Shown here: in pieces, positions 21,855 through 28,129 of the stretch
Layout of the letters: each line of letters opens with the position of its first letter
How positions within the stretch are numbered: the stretch's first letter is position 1
Assembly: GCA_965218795.1 (NCBI GenBank)
Contig: OZ244653.1
Location: forward strand, 768,001-832,000
DNA length: 64,000 bases
Origin: a bacterium
GTDB lineage: Bacteria; UBA8248; JACPRG01; G963555815
Direction: 5' to 3'
Notes under the pieces: generated by a model
The model's database searches: none
The model's input: the letters and a program-made list of their open reading frames with translations, nothing else
Told to the model about the DNA's origin: nothing
Program-made: the position numbers and the translations under genes

Positions 21855-22151
21855 CGCGGTTCACGAGAGACGTTGCGTCTTGGCCATGTCTCGGCGGTCG
21901 AGTCTCGGTATCTGCGCGCCAGGACGGCGCATTGGGGCAGGGCGCTACCTGTTCATGGAGGCTCAGGGCTTTTTCACCCGACCGTTCCGCAGGCGAGCCA
22001 TTCAATCCCCGCGTGAACGACAACGGAATCGGCATTGGGCCGTATCCTGCAAAGGCGGAAATCAGGACGAAAAAGAGGGCATAAGCGTATGTAAGGATGG
22101 TGTCCCTTATATCTTAGAATTGCCTGGCGATGAATTTAAGCTACAATTGTA

Positions 22152-23300
22152 ATGAGCAAAATGGGAGGATTGATTATGTCCGCAGAACCACCCAGCAAAG
22201 GGCTTCACCTTCCCAGTCTGTCGGTCAAGGGCTTGCGCGGGATTGCAGACCTCTTGATTCCGCGACTGGGCCGCGTGACGCTGATTGTCGGGAAGAACGG
22301 GGTCGGCAAGACCACTCTGCTTGATGCCGTCCGCATCTATGCCGCGCGCGGCAGGTATTCCGTCCTCACGAGCATATTACAGAACAGGGAAGAGCTTATT
22401 ACCGTTGTTGATGAGGACGGTGATGAGATATCTGCGCCCGATTATGAGGCGTTGTTCCATGGCCGCCGCGCCTCGACGGATTCCCGCATATCAGTCGGCC
22501 CGGAGGAGCCGTCACAGCAACTCAGTATCAAGTATGACACGGGGCCATTATTGAAACAGAGAACCTTGTTATCCGAGGATTCCCCGAACGGTGATGAGCC
22601 GATGCTCAAGATTGAATTCCAAGGCATACAGCAAGAAATTCCTGTACGCTCCTTCTTCCGTGAATCGCATTTACTACGCCACCAATATCGCAGGTTTCGG
22701 GATGATGAATCGGAACGTCCGTCTGAGATTCGATGCCTGTCTTTGGGTCCGAGTTTGCCGACCAACGCTGATATAACGCGGTTCTGGGACAGCGTAGCGC
22801 TTACGGATGATGAAGACCGCGCGGTACAAGCACTTCAGTTGATTTACGACGATGAAGTAAGTCGTGTCGCAGTGGTTGATGACGATAGACGGCCGCGTTA
22901 CGGCCGGCGGGCGGTTGTGAAAATCAACGGGCAAGATCGTCCCATTCCTCTGAAAAGCCTCGGAGATGGAGCAGTACGTTTGTTCGGCGTCGCCTTGGCT
23001 CTCGCCAACAGCCAGGACGGTTTTCTGGTTATCGACGAAACGGAAAACGGTATCCATCATTCGGTGCAGCGCGATTTCTGGAAGATGGTTATGCGAACGG
23101 CGCACGAGAACAACGTGCAGGTTCTCGCAACCACGCACGGCTGGGATTGCGTAGCGGGTTTTGCGCGAGCGGCAACGGAATCAGAGCAAGTGGAAGGCGC
23201 TCTCGTTCGCCTTGAGAGGAACGACGACGGAATTCGCGCGGTGGGGTATTCCGAAGAAGATCTCCGAGTCGCAGCCGAGCAAGGCATTGAAGTCAGATAG
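22152..23300 (+). CDS. AAA_15/AAA_21-type ABC ATPase (putative defence sensor)
   Basis: Walker A GKNGVGKT, signature SLGDG, Walker B/D-loop IDETENGIHH, H-loop ATTHG. Confidence 0.9.
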   Translation: MSKMGGLIMSAEPPSKGLHLPSLSVKGLRGIADLLIPRLGRVTLIVGKNGVGKTTLLDAVRIYAARGRYSVLTSILQNREELITVVDEDGDEISAPDYEALFHGRRASTDSRISVGPEEPSQQLSIKYDTGPLLKQRTLLSEDSPNGDEPMLKIEFQGIQQEIPVRSFFRESHLLRHQYRRFRDDESERPSEIRCLSLGPSLPTNADITRFWDSVALTDDEDRAVQALQLIYDDEVSRVAVVDDDRRPRYGRRAVVKINGQDRPIPLKSLGDGAVRLFGVALALANSQDGFLVIDETENGIHHSVQRDFWKMVMRTAHENNVQVLATTHGWDCVAGFARAATESEQVEGALVRLERNDDGIRAVGYSEEDLRVAAEQGIEVR

Positions 23301-23303
23301 CTG

Positions 23304-23951
23304 ATGACAAGCCCGCCTTCGCCGTCATCCGATCGCGTTCTTTTAGTCGAAGGGCCAGACGACAAACACGTGATTTCGCATCTCCGTGAGTGTCATCAAC
23401 TGACGTCGACCTTTTCCATTCTGGACAAGAAAGGCATCGACCAATTGCTCGATTCGATCAACCCCGAAATCAAAGCTCCGGGGCGGCGGGCCGTTGGCAT
23501 TGTCGTGGATGCAAACGACGATTTGAACGCGCGTTGGAATGCTGTCATCGATCGGCTTCGGGGGGCGAACATCCAGGCGCCCCCGTCCCCCAATCCAACC
23601 GGGACAATCATAAACGACGAACCCCGCGTCGGTATCTGGCTGATGCCGGACAACGCCGAGCCCGGCGAACTTGAAAATTTCGTTGTGCGAATGATTCCAT
23701 CCGGTGACCGGGTATGGCCGCTGTCCCAACGCTACATAGACGGTATTCCGACAGCAGAGAGAAAGTTTTCAGAGAGGAAGACAGAGCGAGCCAAACTTCA
23801 TGCCTGGCTGGCGGCCAGGGAGGATCCCAGGCGAATGGGTTCAGCCATTCGTGCGCGTGATTTGGATATTACAGATCCTCTCTGCCAGAAATGCATTGCC
23901 TGGCTTAAGGCACTGTTCGATCAGCCCGTAGGTCGGATTAGCGTAGCGTAA
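23304..23951 (+). CDS. DUF3226-like TOPRIM-fold protein
   Basis: LLVEGPDD, GIVVDAN, GIWLMPDN...GELENF, KAKLHAWLA-type motif; starts 3 bp after the ATPase stop. Confidence 0.8.
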   Translation: MTSPPSPSSDRVLLVEGPDDKHVISHLRECHQLTSTFSILDKKGIDQLLDSINPEIKAPGRRAVGIVVDANDDLNARWNAVIDRLRGANIQAPPSPNPTGTIINDEPRVGIWLMPDNAEPGELENFVVRMIPSGDRVWPLSQRYIDGIPTAERKFSERKTERAKLHAWLAAREDPRRMGSAIRARDLDITDPLCQKCIAWLKALFDQPVGRISVA

Positions 23952-23957
23952 TCCGAC
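23928..23957 (+). repeat. REP palindrome 1
   Basis: GTAG GTCGGATTA GCGTAGCG TAATCCGAC. Confidence 0.92.
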
Positions 23958-23965
23958 GCATCGCC

Positions 23966-24082
23966 GTTATTCCCCGACGGCGGTTCCATCCCCCCCCACG
24001 CGGGCGATGGCGGCCTGTATCCTTTTCCCGAAGCGAATTAATCAGTTCGCGGTTGGTTTGACGAGGGCCTGCTCCGGCTCTG
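23966..24082 (-). repeat. degenerate copy D of the hsdS 3' end
   Basis: Minus strand reads EPEQALV..NRELI..FGKRIQAAIARV across frameshifts; aligns with 28130-28250. Confidence 0.8.
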
Positions 24083-24383
24083 CCCATCCGGCGGCGGGTC
24101 AACCTCCCGCCTCTCGTGCGCGGGCGGCGGATGCAGCGACCGTCGAATCGACAGGGGAGTAAGAGGCGGGGCATGAGAAAACGGCGTTTCCTTCGAGGGC
24201 GTCGTTTTTTTGGCGTTTCAGCGCCCGTTCACCCCCGGTTTTCCATCGAGAAAATCCCCGGAAATGCAGGCTGAAAACCCTTACGAAAATTGCCGGAAAA
24301 TCTGGGCCCTTTGCAACGGTTTCCGTCCGCATGCAGCCTTATATAGTAAGAATTCGCTGTACGAGACGGACTACCGGCAGCCC

Positions 24384-24413
24384 GCAGGTCGGATTAGCGT
24401 AGCGTAATCCGGC
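24384..24413 (+). repeat. REP palindrome 2
   Basis: GCAG GTCGGATTA GCGTAGCG TAATCCGGC. Confidence 0.9.
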
Positions 24414-24439
24414 GGTCTCGCTGATCTCAGGAGAATTGC

Positions 24440-25405
24440 ATGAAGAACATCGTCGTCTGCTGCGACGGAACCGGCAACGAATACGGGCGCAACAACACGA
24501 ACGTCGTGGAAACCTACGTGCTGGCCGTGAAGGATGAGTCGCAGGTCGTGTATTACGACCCGGGCGTCGGCACTGGCGGCTGGGAGTACCACGAGGAGAG
24601 TAGCGTCCTACGAGCGAAAGGCGACCAAGCGACTGGCTACGGGCTCCAAAAGAACGTCGAGGACGCCTACCGCTTTCTGATGGGCTGTTACGAAGACGGC
24701 GACCGCCTGTATCTCTTCGGCTTCAGCCGCGGCGCTTTCACCGTGCGCTCGCTGGCCGGGATGCTCTACAAATGCGGACTGCTCGGGGCGGACGCCGGCA
24801 ACCTCGTCGAGTACGCCGCCAAGCTCTACAACACGGACAACAACGACGAAGTGGCGCAAGGCTTCCGCCGGGAGTTCGGCCGAAAATGCCCTGTCCACTT
24901 CATCGGTGTCTGGGATACTGTGGAGTCGCTGGTGCTGAACGCCGGCAAGCGTTTTCACGACGCCCGACTCAACCCTGAAGTCATCTACGGCTTCCACGCC
25001 CTGGCCATCGACGAGAAGCGCCGCGATTTTCCGCCTTCTCTCTGGAACGAGAGCAACGTTCAGTCACGTCAAACCATCGAGCAGGTCTGGTTCGCGGGCG
25101 TTCATGCGGACGTGGGCGGCTGGTACGACGAACGCGGGCTGTCGAATATCGCCTTGCATTGGATGCTCGGCAAGGCGATGCAGCACGGGTTGCGGGTGGA
25201 CAAGGATAAGCTCACAGAATATCAGCGTGACCCGCATGACGAGATGCATCTGTCGTATACGGGTTTCTGGAAGTTTCGCGGCCAAAGACAGCGCAAGATT
25301 CCACAGGGCGCGATGATCCATGAAAGCGTGTTCAAGCGCCGGGACAATCCGGCCAACCGGTATCAGCCCCGGAATCTGCCGGACGAATACGGTACGGTGA
25401 AGTAG
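24440..25405 (+). CDS. DUF2235 alpha/beta hydrolase (Tle1-like phospholipase domain)
   Basis: CCDGTGN, YYDPGVGT, GFSRGA nucleophile elbow, GVWDTV, HALAIDE, WFAGVHADVGG; RBS AGGAG. Confidence 0.92.
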   Translation: MKNIVVCCDGTGNEYGRNNTNVVETYVLAVKDESQVVYYDPGVGTGGWEYHEESSVLRAKGDQATGYGLQKNVEDAYRFLMGCYEDGDRLYLFGFSRGAFTVRSLAGMLYKCGLLGADAGNLVEYAAKLYNTDNNDEVAQGFRREFGRKCPVHFIGVWDTVESLVLNAGKRFHDARLNPEVIYGFHALAIDEKRRDFPPSLWNESNVQSRQTIEQVWFAGVHADVGGWYDERGLSNIALHWMLGKAMQHGLRVDKDKLTEYQRDPHDEMHLSYTGFWKFRGQRQRKIPQGAMIHESVFKRRDNPANRYQPRNLPDEYGTVK

Positions 25406-25411
25406 GTGACT

Positions 25412-25441
25412 GTCGGGTTGCGCTCCGCTAACCCGACCTGC
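25412..25441 (-). repeat. REP palindrome 3 (inverted)
   Basis: GTCGGGTTGCGCTCCGCTAACCCGACCTGC. Confidence 0.9.
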
Positions 25442-25443
25442 GG

Positions 25444-25540
25444 CTATTGGATACTCAAAAGCTCATCTGTCGAAATCTTCGCTTGTTTGAGAATCGCCCT
25501 TAACGTGTCCTCGGGCATATCACCGGGATGGTTGGGGATA
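25444..25540 (-). pseudogene. C-terminal half of a HicA-family toxin
   Basis: Minus strand reads IPNHPGDMPEDTLRAILKQAKISTDELLSIQ*; the N-terminal half is absent. Confidence 0.75.
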
Positions 25541-25747
25541 GTCGAAAGAATCCCCGGTTTCCTTCAATGCCGGCCGGCCCTGACGTTCGGCCTGGGCTTC
25601 CAGCAGCTTCTTTGCCACGTCGCGGGCAATTTCCAGGGTCTCAGCCACCGTGCGGCCTTGGGCCACCAAGCCGAGGAGCTCGTCCGACATCGCCAAGTAA
25701 ACCCCTTCGGGCAACTTCTCGATATGCAAATTGACGATATGCTCCAT
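25520..25747 (-). CDS. HicB/DUF1902-like antitoxin (C-terminus altered by deletion)
   Basis: IEKLPEGVYLA.SDEL.GLVAQGRTVAETLEIARDVAKKLLE. Confidence 0.8.
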   Translation of the reverse strand: MEHIVNLHIEKLPEGVYLAMSDELLGLVAQGRTVAETLEIARDVAKKLLEAQAERQGRPALKETGDSFDYPQPSR

Positions 25748-25822
25748 ATTCAAGACCTCGCTTCGCTAACTGCCCTGCGACTTGGTCCCAACCCTTGCTG
25801 GCCGGCGCGACAGCCCGATTTT

Positions 25823-25915
25823 CACCCCAAACGCGGGAGATGAGAAGCTGAATCTTTTGCTCGAAGCGATCGAGCAGATCCCGGTTGACGGTGACGAGGC
25901 CCTGCTCCGGCTCTG
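25823..25915 (-). repeat. degenerate copy C of the hsdS 3' end
   Basis: Minus strand reads EPEQ.LVTVNRDLLDRFEQKIQLLISRVWGEN versus native EAEQALVAVNRELIDRFEKKSQTAIARVWGGD. Confidence 0.85.
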
Positions 25916-26303
25916 TCCACCCGGAGGTGGGTCAATCTCATCTAGAAGGAAGTAAGGGCCCCCTGATAAGAGGGGCAAGGGGAGGGGGGGATATACCGTG
26001 CATGGTAAAATGGTGCCTCCTTCGAGGAGCACCGTTTTTTGGCGTCTCAGCGTCTGTTCACCCCGATTTTCCGTCTGTCTACACCCGGCTTTTCATCGTC
26101 CCTCCACACCCGCGCGATAGTAGCCTGAATTTTCTCGAAACGTTCACCTGCCTGCGCAGGCACTGTGGGCAGGTCAGAATACCCTACAATACCAACCTGG
26201 ATTCGAGGTCGCGAACGGTTCAGCACCCAGAACCGCGCATGCGGTTAAGCGAAGGGCCGAATGGCCCGGAAGCCGGGGGGCATGGTGTAGCGGCAAGCGC
26301 TCC

Positions 26304-26528
26304 TTACGCAAATTCGTACAGAGGCGCCGTACTTGTTGGTTGATGCTCTGTACGCAGCATGACTTCAATTTTGCGAACAGTGTCCGGTTCAAACAGTACG
26401 TCTCCACATACAGAACAAACGTCCGCTGGAACGTGATCAATCACAATCACTTGACCCTGATGACGCACGGTATGCACAACCTTTCGCTCTTCGTATTCTC
26501 CAGGACATCCTTCAATACCGCATTTCAT
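26304..26528 (-). CDS. YgiT-type zinc finger protein (MqsA-like antitoxin)
   Basis: MKCGIEGC...VIDHVPADVCSVCGDVLF. Confidence 0.88.
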   Translation of the reverse strand: MKCGIEGCPGEYEERKVVHTVRHQGQVIVIDHVPADVCSVCGDVLFEPDTVRKIEVMLRTEHQPTSTAPLYEFA

Positions 26529-26875
26529 GTCAATCGCCTCCTTTGAATCGGCGTTATCCATTTTGGCGGCTTGGGCTCATACACCGTAATGATTATAAGG
26601 ATGGGGCAATCTGTAGTACAAACAACATGAACAGGCCGACCCGCCTCGGTGAAACCATTTAGCAAACAACACGCCCCCCTTCGATGTTGCGCGTAATTCT
26701 CCAAGATATGGCCTTGAGAGATTGCTTCAAGTAATTCATCAAGAACGATATTCTCCTCAACCATCTCTTGTTGGGCATGTTGAGTGAAACGCAGGTTATC
26801 GTCACGATCTTGGCTTAGTATTTTGTCCAGAATCTCGTTCTGGTCGAGGTCACCTGTGTCGACACTCACCAGCAT
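26525..26875 (-). CDS. DUF4258 protein (putative RelE-like toxin)
   Basis: FTQHAQQEM, GHILENY, CLLNG...PVHVVC, IITVYEP..PKW; overlaps the zinc-finger gene (ATGA). Confidence 0.88.
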   Translation of the reverse strand: MLVSVDTGDLDQNEILDKILSQDRDDNLRFTQHAQQEMVEENIVLDELLEAISQGHILENYAQHRRGACCLLNGFTEAGRPVHVVCTTDCPILIIITVYEPKPPKWITPIQRRRLT

Positions 26876-26961
26876 ACTCCTTCACTGCAATCTTGCAACA
26901 CAACCAAATCGGCATTTCCGCTAACGTCTTGTCAAGCGTCCGAACCGAGAATGCGGTTGGG

Positions 26962-27050
26962 CGAAGGGCGGAGATGGCAAGCTGAATATTTCGCTCGAAG
27001 CGTTCGAGCAACACGCGGTTGGCTTCAACGAAGGGCTGTTCCGCTTCAGC
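26962..27050 (-). repeat. degenerate copy B of the hsdS 3' end
   Basis: Minus strand reads AEAEQPFVEANRVLLERFERNIQLAIS; abuts REP 4. Confidence 0.8.
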
Positions 27051-27052
27051 CC

Positions 27053-27082
27053 GCAGGTCGGGTTAGCGGAGCGTAACCCGAC
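27053..27082 (+). repeat. REP palindrome 4
   Basis: GCAG GTCGGGTTA GCGGAGCG TAACCCGAC. Confidence 0.92.
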
Positions 27083-27089
27083 AGCCCCG

Positions 27090-27629
27090 CTATTCCCGCC
27101 CAATCCCTTCGCCCAACACCGGCTCCGTACGGCCCCAGTCTCTTGGATAGAGGCCCCGCTGCACGTACCGTCGGAAACTCGAATGCGGCCAGTCACAGGG
27201 CTGCCGGACATATCCGTGTTTCACCGGGTTGTAATGGATATATTCCACATGCTGCCGGTAGTCGGTCTCGTCACGTATGACGTGTTCCCAATACCGCGGC
27301 TGCCATAATGTCGGCGGAGTCCGGTGCGGGTGAGCCGGGACACGCCCGTATTGCAGACGCGGCGGGCAATGCCTGGTCGTCCAGGTTTTGATTAACCGCC
27401 ACCGGGTCGGATAGTCCGCATCCGCGGCCGGCAAGGTCCAGATGCAATGGAGATGATCGGGCAAAACCGCCATCGCGTTGACGGTGAAGGGCCGCTTCCG
27501 GTTGACGTGTTGAAATGCTTGACGCAATACCTCAACGGCCTCTTCGTCGGAGAACAGTTTTCGCCTGCGGGCGGTGACGACGGTGAAGAAGTATGTCCCG
27601 CCGGGGATCAGGGCTCGTCGGTACTGCAT
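27090..27629 (-). CDS. REP-associated tyrosine transposase (RAYT, HUH Y1)
   Basis: GGTYFFTVVT, LPDHLHCIW (HUH), WQPRYWEHVIRD, YIHYNPVKHG, DWPHSSF; flanked by inverted REPs. Confidence 0.96.
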   Translation of the reverse strand: MQYRRALIPGGTYFFTVVTARRRKLFSDEEAVEVLRQAFQHVNRKRPFTVNAMAVLPDHLHCIWTLPAADADYPTRWRLIKTWTTRHCPPRLQYGRVPAHPHRTPPTLWQPRYWEHVIRDETDYRQHVEYIHYNPVKHGYVRQPCDWPHSSFRRYVQRGLYPRDWGRTEPVLGEGIGRE

Positions 27630-27650
27630 GGCGTGGGCCGGTTGGGGTTC

Positions 27651-27680
27651 GTCGGGTTACGCTCCGCTAACCCGACCTAC
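27651..27680 (-). repeat. REP palindrome 5 (inverted)
   Basis: GTCGGGTTACGCTCCGCTAACCCGACCTAC. Confidence 0.92.
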
Positions 27681-27767
27681 AGTCTGCGTACAACTCTTTG
27701 TTTGCCGCGCAATGCTTTCGGACTTCATCCATCGATCGTACCAGTACCAAGTGTGAGCGACCAGCCC

Positions 27768-27797
27768 GTAGGTCGGATTAGCGTAGCGTAATCCGAC
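27768..27797 (+). repeat. REP palindrome 6
   Basis: GTAGGTCGGATTAGCGTAGCGTAATCCGAC, identical to REP 1. Confidence 0.92.
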
Positions 27798-27849
27798 AGT
27801 CTTGCTTTTTGAGGGTTCGCCGCAAGTGTTCTGGTAATCGAGTCTATCG

Positions 27850-28062
27850 TCATCTTAGGCCGATACACATAATCGTCTTCTCGCTGGAGTAAACCTGAAT
27901 TGCCAAACTGTACGACCTTTTGCGAATCTTCTCCAATATAGGAGCAAATTGCTTTTGAAGGGCCTCTTTGCCCAACGAAGCACGTAATAGCTTGCCTTCA
28001 TCAACGTTGGCTATGGCCTCCGACAAATCCTGCAACTGCTGTATCGATTCGTTGCTCACCAT
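27850..28062 (-). pseudogene. truncated hypothetical gene between REPs 6 and 7
   Basis: Good RBS (AAGGGAG) and ATG, lower GC, only 70 codons. Confidence 0.45.
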
Positions 28063-28088
28063 CAGAAAACTCCCTTCTCGCTCATCCC

Positions 28089-28118
28089 GTAGGTCGGGTT
28101 AGCGGAGCGTAACCCGAC
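28089..28118 (+). repeat. REP palindrome 7
   Basis: GTAGGTCGGGTTAGCGGAGCGTAACCCGAC, 11 bp past the hsdS stop codon. Confidence 0.92.
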
Positions 28119-28129
28119 GCTTCGCCACA

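Noticed and set aside
27090-27680. IS200/IS605 element with TnpB/omegaRNA
   Set aside because: No TnpB/IscB ORF; the motifs and flanking REPs fit a RAYT.
23928-28118. REP repeats as a CRISPR array
   Set aside because: Spacing is irregular (87 to ~1600 bp), orientations are mixed, whole genes lie between repeats, there are no cas genes, and a RAYT explains them.
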